Positions 38,036 to 47,234 of a DNA stretch of 64,000 bases are shown here, piece by piece. The stretch comes from Treponemataceae bacterium (lineage in GTDB: Bacteria > Spirochaetota > Spirochaetia > Treponematales > Rectinemataceae): assembly GCA_963677895.2 (NCBI GenBank), contig CAXXGJ010000038.1, positions 192,001 to 256,000 on the forward strand, in the 5' to 3' direction. Numbering within the stretch: the stretch's first letter is position 1; the number at the start of each line of letters is the position of its first letter. The translations under genes were made by a program, and so were the position numbers. A model generated the notes under the pieces. The model had not been told where the DNA came from. It worked only from the letters and a program-made list of their open reading frames with translations, and made no database searches.

Positions 38036-38317
38036 TTAAGCTTCGACTTTGACCAAAAGATACTTCAGAACGCTGGTGTTGAGCTTGAATGATCTCTCCA
38101 GGGGAATAACGCTCTGCGGGTCGAGATTCGCGCGGTACAGGATGTAATGTCCGCGGTCTTTCTTTTTGATGGAATAGGCCAGAATACGGTCTCCCATATC
38201 CTCTTCCTTGATGTCGGCTGCATTGATCTGGGCTAGATCAATCGCCACGGCTTCCTTGCCTTTGCGGAACGCTTCTTCTTCCGAAGGCAGGACTACGACA
38301 ATCTCATATGGTCTCAT
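38036..38317 (-). CDS. rpsF: 30S ribosomal protein S6
   Basis: MRPYE...G.R.LAYSIKK..RGHY; AAGGAGG SD. Start set at ATG 38317. Confidence 0.95.
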   Translation of the reverse strand: MRPYEIVVVLPSEEEAFRKGKEAVAIDLAQINAADIKEEDMGDRILAYSIKKKDRGHYILYRANLDPQSVIPLERSFKLNTSVLKYLLVKVEA

Positions 38318-38407
38318 TCTTTCCTCCTTGTGGACCTTACCCTCCATACGGAGAGCACTTGATTCAACCGCGGCCCGAGGGGTCGGATTGGATAAAGAGG
38401 GAACATT

Positions 38408-38469
38408 TTTATAGCATGTTTGGACATTCTTATGCAATACTTGCAATTGCGCCAGGAATTTCCCATAAT
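38408..38469. promoter_or_regulatory. Back-to-back sigma70-type promoters for rpsF (-) and hisS (+)
   Basis: Minus: TTGCAT-18-TATAAA (38437-38408). Plus: TTGCAA-17-CATAAT (38441-38469). Confidence 0.5.
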
Positions 38470-38497
38470 TGGGCCCTGAATTTTCAGTGGAGGAAAA

Positions 38498-39817
38498 ATG
38501 TCTGACATAATCGAGCCGCGAGTCCTCAAAGGATTCCGGGACTATCTTCCGGACGCCGAGCGCGCCCGCGCTTCCCTCGTCAAGAAACTGGAAAAAACAT
38601 TCCAATCCTTTGGTTTTGTGCCGATCGATACGCCGGCTCTCGAATATTCCGAAATTCTTCTCGGCAAGGGCGGCGGGGAAACCGACAAGCAGGTCTATCG
38701 TTTCAACGATAATGGCGGCCGCGACGTCGCCCTCCGGTTTGACCTGACCATTCCCTTCGCTAGGTTCATGGCCGAACACGTGGAGGAACTCTACCTTCCC
38801 TTCCGACGTTTCCATATCGCCAAGGTCTGGAGAGGCGAAAACACTCAGCGAGGGCGATATAGGGAGTTCATGCAGTGCGACTTCGACATCGTGGGCACGG
38901 ATTCCGCGTCGGCCGATGCCGACATAGTCCTCGTGATAGCCAACGCGATGAAATCTCTGGAAGTGGGGCTCGTGCGAATAAGGATCAACCACAGAGGGCT
39001 TTTCAACCGCTTCCTGGCCGCCGCCGGCTGCGCCGACAAGTCGGTGTTCATACTGCGTACCGTGGACAAGCTTGAAAAAATCGGCAAGGACGAAACCTTT
39101 GCCTTGCTCTCGGCCGAAGTGGGCGCGGCCATGGCGTCCGGCATTCTGAACTTCATAGAACCCGAAGACAGCTTCACGAAAACCCTCGATAAAATGTTCG
39201 GATTCTGCAAATCCGACGACGAGGAAGCTATCGCGGCGCGCAATCGACTTTCAGATGTATACGAAATAGCACAATCCGCCGGATTTTCCGATTCAATCTA
39301 TCTGGACCCGAGCATAACAAGGGGCCTCGACTACTATACCGGGGTGGTTTTCGAGACTTTCCTGAAAGATTTGCCCAAGATCGGCTCCATCTGCTCGGGC
39401 GGGCGCTACAACGAGCTCGCCGGTCTTTACACGACAAAGCAGCTGCCCGGCGTAGGCGCTTCCGTCGGACTCGACCGACTTCTCGCGGCCTTGGACGCCA
39501 TGGGCAAATCGGTGGCGGGCACGAGCGACCCCAAGGTTCTTCTGGCCAATCAGGGAGAAGCCAATCTCAAAAGCCTGCATGCCTTGGCCTCGCGGCTTCG
39601 CGCCAGGGGCATTTCGGCTGAAGTCTATCCTGAGCCAAAAAAACTGCTCGCTCAATACGGCTACGCTGAAAAGAAAGGCGTTCCCTATGCGCTTCTCCTG
39701 GATGAATCGAGTCTCGCCGAGGGACAGTTTCCGCTCCGCGATCTTGTGAAAAGGTCTACGATAGCCTTCACCGACTTCAACGAGCTCGCCGCTTTCCTGG
39801 GCGGTGCGAAGGAATGA
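38498..39817 (+). CDS. hisS: Histidine--tRNA ligase
   Basis: KGFRDYLP, LRFDLT, GRYREFMQCDFD, RGLDYYTG, GGRY. Confidence 0.97.
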   Translation: MSDIIEPRVLKGFRDYLPDAERARASLVKKLEKTFQSFGFVPIDTPALEYSEILLGKGGGETDKQVYRFNDNGGRDVALRFDLTIPFARFMAEHVEELYLPFRRFHIAKVWRGENTQRGRYREFMQCDFDIVGTDSASADADIVLVIANAMKSLEVGLVRIRINHRGLFNRFLAAAGCADKSVFILRTVDKLEKIGKDETFALLSAEVGAAMASGILNFIEPEDSFTKTLDKMFGFCKSDDEEAIAARNRLSDVYEIAQSAGFSDSIYLDPSITRGLDYYTGVVFETFLKDLPKIGSICSGGRYNELAGLYTTKQLPGVGASVGLDRLLAALDAMGKSVAGTSDPKVLLANQGEANLKSLHALASRLRARGISAEVYPEPKKLLAQYGYAEKKGVPYALLLDESSLAEGQFPLRDLVKRSTIAFTDFNELAAFLGGAKE

Positions 39818-40518
39818 CCGATCAGCCGGAAAACTTGAGGGAGAACGCGTCCGGCCTCATCAGGACCTATGTCCTGCGATCCGGAAGGATGACCGACGCG
39901 CAGCGACAGGCGATCGAGGAATTTGGTCCCGAGTACATCCTTCCCTACGACAGCCAGCCCCTCGACCTTCCCGGGCTCTTTCCCCTGCCCAAGCCTCTCG
40001 TGATGGAGATTGGTTTCGGCATGGGTCAGGCGACATGGCAGATAGCCATGGACCGCAAGGATTTCAACTACCTCGGCGTCGAAGTGCACGGTCCGGGCGT
40101 CGGCAGGCTCATCATGGAGATTCGCGAGAATAAACTGGAGAATCTGAAGATAATCCAGCACGACGCCGTCGAGGTCCTGGCAAGCATGATACCTGAGGAC
40201 AGCCTGGCCGGCCTGCATGTTTTCTATCCCGATCCGTGGCCCAAGAAACGTCATCACAAGCGCAGGCTCCTGCGCCATCCGATCGTCGATCTCATGATCT
40301 CGCGACTCAAGGCCGGGGGATACCTCTATTTCGTCACCGATATCGAGGAATACGCTCAATCGACGCTCGAACTGCTTTCCTCCTGCCCGGGGATCGCCAA
40401 CAAATTCGAGGGATTCGCGCCCAGAATAGAGTGGCGGCCGGAGACGAAATTCGAGGCTAGGGCCAAGAAGGCCAGCCGCCAGGCTTTTGAGCTGTATTTT
40501 CTGAAGACGGGGAAGTAG
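39814..40518 (+). CDS. trmB: tRNA (guanine-N7)-methyltransferase
   Basis: EIGFGMG, FYPDPWPKKRHHKRR, TD, TKFE. Confidence 0.96.
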   Translation: MTDQPENLRENASGLIRTYVLRSGRMTDAQRQAIEEFGPEYILPYDSQPLDLPGLFPLPKPLVMEIGFGMGQATWQIAMDRKDFNYLGVEVHGPGVGRLIMEIRENKLENLKIIQHDAVEVLASMIPEDSLAGLHVFYPDPWPKKRHHKRRLLRHPIVDLMISRLKAGGYLYFVTDIEEYAQSTLELLSSCPGIANKFEGFAPRIEWRPETKFEARAKKASRQAFELYFLKTGK

Positions 40519-40521
40519 TCA

Positions 40522-40557
40522 GGCGTCGCCAACCGCCGGGCGGCGGTTGGCGACGCC
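40522..40557. repeat. Perfect 16-bp inverted repeat between convergent trmB and hrpA
   Basis: GGCGTCGCCAACCGCC-GGGC-GGCGGTTGGCGACGCC. Confidence 0.85.
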
Positions 40558-40581
40558 CGGCGGTTTTGCTTATTCGAAGAA

Positions 40582-43389
40582 TTATTCAAAGAAGGCGCTC
40601 AGTTTCCTGTAGAGCAGGCCGATTTTTTCCTTCATCGCCGCGGAAACGCTGTCGTCGGCGGTCACGTCGGCCAGGTTTTCCAAGCTTGAGATGCTCTCGT
40701 TCAAGGCCGTATGGAAGCCCTTCGAGACTCTGAACCAGAAGACGCCGGCGCCGTCGGTATAGAGCGTGACGAAACCGAGCCGTTTGTCCTTGCCTTTGGG
40801 CATGGCGACCTGCAGTACGTGATCCAGGTTGTCGACGAGCTTCTCGAGATTTTCATGACTGAAAGAGGGATGCGCAGTCTCGGAGCTTCCGCCGATAACC
40901 GCCGAGGCTCCTTCCGCCGATTCCGCCTTTTCTCCGCGCTGAATCTCAAAATTCGCGCTTCGAGGCCAGTTCCTGCCCAGATCTTTCTCCAGGTCGAGCC
41001 AATCCTGAATCCTGATGATCGTCTCCAGCTTTTCGCCCTCGAGAAGGTGGTAACCCTTGTAACGCACCGTTCCCAGAAGCCCCTTGTACGCGGATCCGGC
41101 GTCCCTGTCGATATTTTCCCTCGCCAGTTTGAAAGTGTCCCAGGGCAGTACGGCCATTTTTTTCTTGCCGGAGGTTTTTTCCAGGTCGAAGACCTGTCCC
41201 CCAAGCTTGATCTTGTCGGTAAAATCGCGAGGTTCGCTTCTGCCTTCGCTCTCGGTGGCCTGCCTGCGTTTGGCGCGATCCTTCCTGCCGGCGTCCACCG
41301 CCTCTTCCTTTCGGCTGTCAACGATGGAGAGCAGCCTTTCGGCCACTATGAGCGAAATCTTGGAGAGGATGTCGCGCGGAAGCGGGGAGACGGACATGGC
41401 GTACATGCGCGTCGTCCTCACGATTTCGCCGGCGACGATAAAGTCGGGATTTTCCCGGAACATGACCGAGCCGGGGTGGATCGAAATCTTTTCGGCGGTA
41501 AGGGAACGGAAAAGTCCGCGTTCCTGGCGCGCGCAGACAAACTGGATTAGACCCCTGGAGACGGCGCAGAGATAGTCGTAGAGCGATCCGCCCCGCAGGA
41601 TGGGGACGCCCATATCCGACACGATGATCTCGAGCTGTTCCCTGATGCGGACAATCTCGCGCATCGTGCGTTCGTCCAGATAGTTCTTCTCGCAGAAACG
41701 AGTCTTGTCGGGAGCTGCCTGGAAGGCGTCGAATATGCGTAGATAGGAGACGAAGTCGCCCATGGGATCCCTGAACGCGTGGTGAGCCTTCCTGGCCTCC
41801 ATTTCCTCGCCCGGCGGCAGGACATAGGGGCTCATCGTGGAGAGAAAGGCCGAAGCCACGAGGGTTTCGTGGATCACGTCGGGATAATGCATTATGGATT
41901 CGACGATCATGCGCGAAAGCCTGGGCAGGAGGGGGAAAGCGCACATCATCTCGCCGATCTTGGAGAGGGTTTGGTCGCTTGAAAGGGAATCGAGGAGGTT
42001 GAGGACGTCTATGGCGCCGGCTATGCCGCTCTTGGGCGGCTTGGAGATGAAGTCGAAACTCGCGAAATCGGAAATTCCGAGTTCGGCCATTCTGAGGACG
42101 ACTTCCGAAAGGTCGGTCCGGTAGATTTCTTCCGTCGTGAAAAGCGGGCGGTTCTCGAATTCCTTCCGGGGATAGAGTCGGTAGCATATGCCCGGTCTCG
42201 TGCGCCCCGCCCTTCCCTTTCTCTGGTTGCAGGAGGCTTTGGATATGGGCGTCTCGATGAGGCTGGACGTGAAGGTGCGCGGATTGTAGTAATTGAGCTT
42301 GGCGAGCCCCGAGTCGATCACGACCGTGATTCCGTCTATCGTGACGCTGGTTTCGGCGATATTGGTCGCTATCACGATCTTCGTCTTGCCCTCGGGGGCG
42401 AGATCGAAGACCTTCCCCTGCTCGTCCTTGCCCAGACGCGCATAGAGGGGAACAATGTGGATTTTAGACGCGAGGGGGATGCCGGCGATGCGCATGGCGC
42501 ATTCCTTTATCGTTTTCTCCCCCGGAAGGAAAATCAGCATGTCCCCGGCTTCGCCTTCTTCCCTCTGTTCGAGGGAGCGGGTAACGATGGAGAGTATCTT
42601 GTCGTAGAGCGCTTCATCGCTGTACCGAAGCGGTGAGGCTGGCGCGCCGGAACCTCCGGGATTCGCCGCGGAACTGTCCCTGCTGTCCCTGCCGCCACGA
42701 AAGTCCCTGCCATCCCTTCTTCCGCCGTCGCGGCCGTCGCGGCCATCCCTGCCGCCGTGTCCGCGCGAAAAAGAGTCGCGGGGCCTTTCCTCCGCCTGGA
42801 CGGGCGGCTCGGCGATTGGGTCGTATATGAGGGTGACAGGATAGGTCTGCGTCTCTATCTTGACCACGGGGCACTCGCCGAAATACTGCGAAAACACCTC
42901 AGCGTTGATCGTCGCGGACGAAACTATGACCTTGAATGTGGGCCTGACTTCAAGGACCTTCTTAAGCAAACCCAGGATGAAGTCTATGTTGAGGCTGCGC
43001 TCATGCGCTTCATCCACCATTATCACATCGTACTTGGAGAGATAGGGATCGAGCTTCATTTCCTGGAGCAGGATGCCGTCGGTCATGACCTTTATTTTCG
43101 TCGAGGACGTGGTGACATCCTCGAAACGCATCTTGTAGCCCACGATACCAGGCTTTATGTCGCCCAGCTGGCGGCCTATAAAATCGCTCACCGAAAGTAC
43201 GGCGATGCGCCTGGGCTGGGTCACGCCTATGAGGCCATGGTCGGCATAGCCGGCTTCGTTCAGTATTATGGGGAGCTGTGTCGTCTTGCCCGAGCCGGTG
43301 GGGCTCTCTACGACGATCACCTGGTTTTCCTTGAGCGCGTCGAGGATCTTGTCTTTCTGCTGGTAAACGGGCAATTCATGAGGATTCAT
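40582..43389 (-). CDS. hrpA: DEAH-box ATP-dependent RNA helicase HrpA
   Basis: PTGSGKTTQ, TQPRR, DEAHERS, SAT, ATNIAETSVTI, QRKGRAGR. Start set at ATG 43389. Confidence 0.92.
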   Translation of the reverse strand: MNPHELPVYQQKDKILDALKENQVIVVESPTGSGKTTQLPIILNEAGYADHGLIGVTQPRRIAVLSVSDFIGRQLGDIKPGIVGYKMRFEDVTTSSTKIKVMTDGILLQEMKLDPYLSKYDVIMVDEAHERSLNIDFILGLLKKVLEVRPTFKVIVSSATINAEVFSQYFGECPVVKIETQTYPVTLIYDPIAEPPVQAEERPRDSFSRGHGGRDGRDGRDGGRRDGRDFRGGRDSRDSSAANPGGSGAPASPLRYSDEALYDKILSIVTRSLEQREEGEAGDMLIFLPGEKTIKECAMRIAGIPLASKIHIVPLYARLGKDEQGKVFDLAPEGKTKIVIATNIAETSVTIDGITVVIDSGLAKLNYYNPRTFTSSLIETPISKASCNQRKGRAGRTRPGICYRLYPRKEFENRPLFTTEEIYRTDLSEVVLRMAELGISDFASFDFISKPPKSGIAGAIDVLNLLDSLSSDQTLSKIGEMMCAFPLLPRLSRMIVESIMHYPDVIHETLVASAFLSTMSPYVLPPGEEMEARKAHHAFRDPMGDFVSYLRIFDAFQAAPDKTRFCEKNYLDERTMREIVRIREQLEIIVSDMGVPILRGGSLYDYLCAVSRGLIQFVCARQERGLFRSLTAEKISIHPGSVMFRENPDFIVAGEIVRTTRMYAMSVSPLPRDILSKISLIVAERLLSIVDSRKEEAVDAGRKDRAKRRQATESEGRSEPRDFTDKIKLGGQVFDLEKTSGKKKMAVLPWDTFKLARENIDRDAGSAYKGLLGTVRYKGYHLLEGEKLETIIRIQDWLDLEKDLGRNWPRSANFEIQRGEKAESAEGASAVIGGSSETAHPSFSHENLEKLVDNLDHVLQVAMPKGKDKRLGFVTLYTDGAGVFWFRVSKGFHTALNESISSLENLADVTADDSVSAAMKEKIGLLYRKLSAFFE

Positions 43390-43502
43390 TCGACAATGAT
43401 ACACGAAACGCAGAATCTTTGCCACAGGAGCGTGAATAGAGGCTTCCCAGACCTCCCCTTAGGTTTATGCTCCCGCTTTTCCCATGCTATACTTCGGCCA
43501 TC

Positions 43503-44759
43503 ATGGTTTCCTATCCAGTCATCGCCTACATTCTCATCGTCATAGCCTTCGCGGGCATAGCGGCGGGCAGGCTGCCCCGCCTGGCGATGAACAGGGCGAG
43601 CATAGCGCTCTGCGCCGCGATTCTCCTTATCCTGGCGGGAGGAATCACGGCCGAATCCGCCTTCAAGGCGATAGACGTCGAGACGATAACCCTCCTCCTC
43701 GCGATGATGATACTCGTGGCAAACCTGAGACTTTCGGGATTTTTCTATCTCGCCGGGGCGAAGGTCCTCTCCCTCGCCAAATCGCCCAGAGTATTCCTCG
43801 CCATCGTCGTCCTGGCTTCGGGGCTGCTCTCCGCCCTCTTTCTCAACGACACGATCTGCATCATGCTCACGCCCCTCGTGGCCGAAGTCGCGAGAAGATC
43901 CGGACGGGACGGAAAACCCTACCTCATAGGCCTCGCCACGGCGGCGAACGCCGGATCCTGCGCCACCGCCATCGGCAACCCCCAGAACATGCTCATCGCT
44001 TCCCAATCTGGAATTCCCTTTTTCGAATTTACCGCATGGCTCGCCCCGCCTTCCTTTCTCGCTATGGGCTTTTGCTACCTGGCGACCATTCTCGTGTTCG
44101 CGAAGGAGTTTTCGGCCGAGACTTCCTCGATGCTGCCGGCTGGTGGTCTTCAGGCCAGTTCCTCGTCGAAACACGACAGTGTGGATAAAAGACTGATGAT
44201 AAAGAGCCTCGTCGCAGCGGCCATCCTCCTCGCGCTCCTGGCCTTCGGCGCGCGGACGAGCGTGGCGGCCTTGGCCTCGGCTGGCTTCCTCATGATTTCC
44301 CGGCGGATTCATCCGGAGAAAGTCTTCGCGGAAGTGGACTTCAGCCTCCTCGTCTTTTTCTCCGGCCTCTTCATCCTGACGAACGCGGTGGCTGACACGC
44401 CTCTCTTCGACCGATTCATGCGCTGGGTCCTGCCTTACCTGAGCAAGCCCGGAGCCGCCTTCGCGCTCGCGATCGCCTTCGCCTCCAACGTGGTCTCCAA
44501 CGTGCCCGCGGTGATGCTCCTTTCTCCCGTGGCACGCGGATTCGAGAATTCGGGCACCGCGTGGCTGATGCTGGCCATGGCCAGCACCTATGCCGGGAAC
44601 CTCACCCTCCTGGGTTCCGTCGCGAACCTCATAGTGGCGGATCAGGGCGAGAAGGCCGGCATCAAGGTGGGCTTTTTCGACTACCTGAAAGTCGGCCTGC
44701 CGGTGACGGTCGCCTCGATCGCCGCCGGAACGATCTGGCTGACGATGTTCCGGCCGTGA
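43503..44759 (+). CDS. ArsB/NhaD-type (IT superfamily) anion transporter
   Basis: Polytopic membrane protein; LSALFLND, GNPQN, SNVPA, GNLTLLGSVAN. Confidence 0.85.
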   Translation: MVSYPVIAYILIVIAFAGIAAGRLPRLAMNRASIALCAAILLILAGGITAESAFKAIDVETITLLLAMMILVANLRLSGFFYLAGAKVLSLAKSPRVFLAIVVLASGLLSALFLNDTICIMLTPLVAEVARRSGRDGKPYLIGLATAANAGSCATAIGNPQNMLIASQSGIPFFEFTAWLAPPSFLAMGFCYLATILVFAKEFSAETSSMLPAGGLQASSSSKHDSVDKRLMIKSLVAAAILLALLAFGARTSVAALASAGFLMISRRIHPEKVFAEVDFSLLVFFSGLFILTNAVADTPLFDRFMRWVLPYLSKPGAAFALAIAFASNVVSNVPAVMLLSPVARGFENSGTAWLMLAMASTYAGNLTLLGSVANLIVADQGEKAGIKVGFFDYLKVGLPVTVASIAAGTIWLTMFRP

Positions 44760-44832
44760 ACCGGACCGATAATGTTCTGGCGCGAGCCAGGCTGACGATA
44801 TTCCGGCGCGAGCCGGAAAGGGAAAGGAATTT

Positions 44833-46137
44833 ATGACGTCGATTTGGGATGACATCAGCCCCGCCCCGGATGATGACGAAGCGAAACCCTCCGCCCGTTC
44901 GGGGAGATCCGTCCTCAGTGTCGGAGCTCTCACCACTCTCATAAAGAACAGCCTCGAGACATCCTTTTCCTCGATATCCGTGGAGGGCGAGGTGTCGGGC
45001 TCGAAGCTCTCCTCCTCGGGGCACCTCTACTTTTCGCTCAAGGACAAGGACGCCATGGTTCAGGCGGTCATGTTCAAGTTCCGCCTGGCCGACCTGGATT
45101 TCGAACTCGGTGACGGGATGAAGGTGATTGCGAGAGGTTCGATTTCTGTCTACGCGGCGCGCGGACAGTACCAGCTCATCGTCCAGTCGATGCGGAAATC
45201 GGGGGTGGGCGATATCCTGGCCATGCTGGAAGAGAGAAAGCGGCGCCTCGCCGCGGAGGGGCTTTTCGACCAGGACAGGAAAAAAGCCCTGCCGAGGTTC
45301 CCTTCCAGGGTGGCCGTCGTCACGAGCCCTACGGGAGCCGCTTTCCGCGACATTCTCAATGTCTTGGGCAGGAGGAACGCCGGCACCGACGTACTGCTTC
45401 TGCCCGCCCCCGTGCAGGGGGAGGACGCGGCCGGCATCATAGCGGCCCGCATCAGGCAGGCGAACAGGCTGAAGCTGGCCGATGTGCTCATCGTTGGCCG
45501 CGGGGGCGGGTCGCCGGAGGATCTCCTCGCGTTTTCGGACGAGCTCGTGATCCGCGCCATAGCCGCCTCGACAATTCCCGTAATCAGCGCCGTCGGCCAC
45601 GAAATAGACTGGGCCTTGAGCGACTTCGCCGCCGATGTGCGCGCGCCTACTCCGTCGGCAGCCGCCGAACTGGTGGCCGAGAGCCGTGAAATACTGCAGC
45701 GGGAGGTAGCCCAGTTCGGCGGCGCCCTCGAATCGGCGGTGCGCTCTCGCATCGACTACGCGCGCATGGCCCTCTCCACCTTCGCGCCCGAAGACGTGGA
45801 AGCGCGTTTCATGCGCATCTTCATGCCCGTCGCCCGTCGTCTCGACGACGCAGGGGACGATCTGGGCGCCGGCATGACCTTGCTCCTGAGCGACAGAGAA
45901 CATCGCGTCGCCCTTTGCGACACGAGCATGGAGCTGGCGAGCCCCATGGCCGTCCTCAGGCGCGGCTACTCCATCGTGCGCCAGGCCGCGTCGGAGACGG
46001 CGGGCTTAAATCAGGATCCGCCGCTCGGTTCGGGCGCGATCGTCCGAGCCGCCTCGCAACTTCATAAGGATGAATCGCTTCAGATTGTTTTTTCGTCGGG
46101 CAAGGCCCGCGTAGAGGTCAGGGAGGTAAAGCCGTGA
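44833..46137 (+). CDS. xseA: Exodeoxyribonuclease VII large subunit
   Basis: SGHLYFSLKD, VTSPTGAA, RGGGS.EDL, SAVGHE.D, APTPSAAAE. Confidence 0.96.
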   Translation: MTSIWDDISPAPDDDEAKPSARSGRSVLSVGALTTLIKNSLETSFSSISVEGEVSGSKLSSSGHLYFSLKDKDAMVQAVMFKFRLADLDFELGDGMKVIARGSISVYAARGQYQLIVQSMRKSGVGDILAMLEERKRRLAAEGLFDQDRKKALPRFPSRVAVVTSPTGAAFRDILNVLGRRNAGTDVLLLPAPVQGEDAAGIIAARIRQANRLKLADVLIVGRGGGSPEDLLAFSDELVIRAIAASTIPVISAVGHEIDWALSDFAADVRAPTPSAAAELVAESREILQREVAQFGGALESAVRSRIDYARMALSTFAPEDVEARFMRIFMPVARRLDDAGDDLGAGMTLLLSDREHRVALCDTSMELASPMAVLRRGYSIVRQAASETAGLNQDPPLGSGAIVRAASQLHKDESLQIVFSSGKARVEVREVKP

Positions 46138-46367
46138 AAGATTTCGAATCCCGCCTGGAAAGGCTGGAAGAACTGGCGGAAAAGATAAAGGATCAGGATC
46201 TTCCCCTCGAAGAAGCCATAAAAGTATTCGAGGAAGGCATAAAGCTGTCCAAGGGTTTGAAAAAAGAGCTGGATAAGATTCAGGGCAGGGTTGAGATGCT
46301 CATAAGCTCACCGGAAGAGAACGCCAAACCGGAATTCACCCTCTTCGATCCCGTCAAGGAAGAGTAA
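46134..46367 (+). CDS. xseB: Exodeoxyribonuclease VII small subunit
   Basis: FE..L..LE, LPLEEAIKVFEEGIKL; overlaps the xseA stop. Confidence 0.93.
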   Translation: MKDFESRLERLEELAEKIKDQDLPLEEAIKVFEEGIKLSKGLKKELDKIQGRVEMLISSPEENAKPEFTLFDPVKEE

Positions 46368-46737
46368 TGAAAGGCAGGAGGTTCCTGTCGCTGTCAGCCA
46401 GATCGATGGCGGCCAGCTCCTCGAGCCTCAGCCAGGCGATATCGCTGTGTTCCCTCAGCACCAGGATGCTTTCCTGAGGGATTTCCACAAGCCATGCGGC
46501 TAGTTCCCATGATCCAGAAGCGCTAAGAAAGCTGCTCGTTCCTATGATGCGCAATGGCACGACGTCGATGCCCAATTCTTCATCGAATTCCCGCTTGAGG
46601 GCATTTTCGTCGGTTTCGCCTTCTTCGACTTTTCCTCCGGGAAATTCCCAGCGAAGACCAATCGGCCCGCCTTCCACGCGCTTCGCGACGAGAATTCTGT
46701 CATTCCGTACGGCGATTCCGGCTACAGAGCGCTTCAC
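46354..46737 (-). CDS. MutT/NudG-like NUDIX hydrolase
   Basis: WEFPGGKVEEGETDENALKREFDEELG Nudix box. Confidence 0.88.
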   Translation of the reverse strand: MKRSVAGIAVRNDRILVAKRVEGGPIGLRWEFPGGKVEEGETDENALKREFDEELGIDVVPLRIIGTSSFLSASGSWELAAWLVEIPQESILVLREHSDIAWLRLEELAAIDLADSDRNLLPFITLP

Positions 46738-46762
46738 CAGATAGTCTCCTTAGGTTCGGTGA

Positions 46763-47185
46763 TCAGAGGAAAAGCACCATCGGGAACAGGAAATGAACTA
46801 TGCCCGCGATTATCCCAGCATACCCTATCGGGACCTTGTATGAAACAAGGACCTTCTCGATGTGAGCGCCAATGGTTCCTCTGTGCATGAAGGGCAGATG
46901 GGCATCGTCGGAAAGTTCCAGCAAGAGAGCCGCTCCCACGATAATCCCCGCGGTAGCCGGCAAAAAATCGCCGATTATGGGAATGTCGCCGCGAAGCGCG
47001 AATAGGAGCTTCAGGACGCCGGTGGCCAGCGATAGCACTGCGAGCGAGAGTCTCAATCCCTTGTCGGCGATCATCATTCGCGCGCCCTGAAGGATGGGCG
47101 ACGTTGACGACTCCGAATATTTCGAGGCGAGCGCGTAGCCGCAGAGTATATTCAGGATAACCGATAAAAAATAGAATTGTATCAT
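46763..47185 (-). CDS. Hypothetical membrane protein (about 4 TM helices)
   Basis: Four hydrophobic segments; fills the gap between nnr and the NUDIX gene on the same strand. Confidence 0.7.
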   Translation of the reverse strand: MIQFYFLSVILNILCGYALASKYSESSTSPILQGARMMIADKGLRLSLAVLSLATGVLKLLFALRGDIPIIGDFLPATAGIIVGAALLLELSDDAHLPFMHRGTIGAHIEKVLVSYKVPIGYAGIIAGIVHFLFPMVLFL

Positions 47186-47234
47186 GGTTTAGCCGTCCGG
47201 TGATCCCTACCCTAACGAGAATAAGCATATACGG

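Noticed and set aside
38318..38992. 318-aa ORF-track version of rpsF
   Set aside because: The extension is antisense to hisS; S6 begins at ATG 38317 after a strong SD.
43386..45903. Long antisense ORFs (518 aa and 413 aa), and similar ones opposite rpsA, rodA, cdsA/dxr, rseP and secA
   Set aside because: Typical shadow ORFs of GC-rich codon usage, with no recognisable motifs, lying opposite confident genes.
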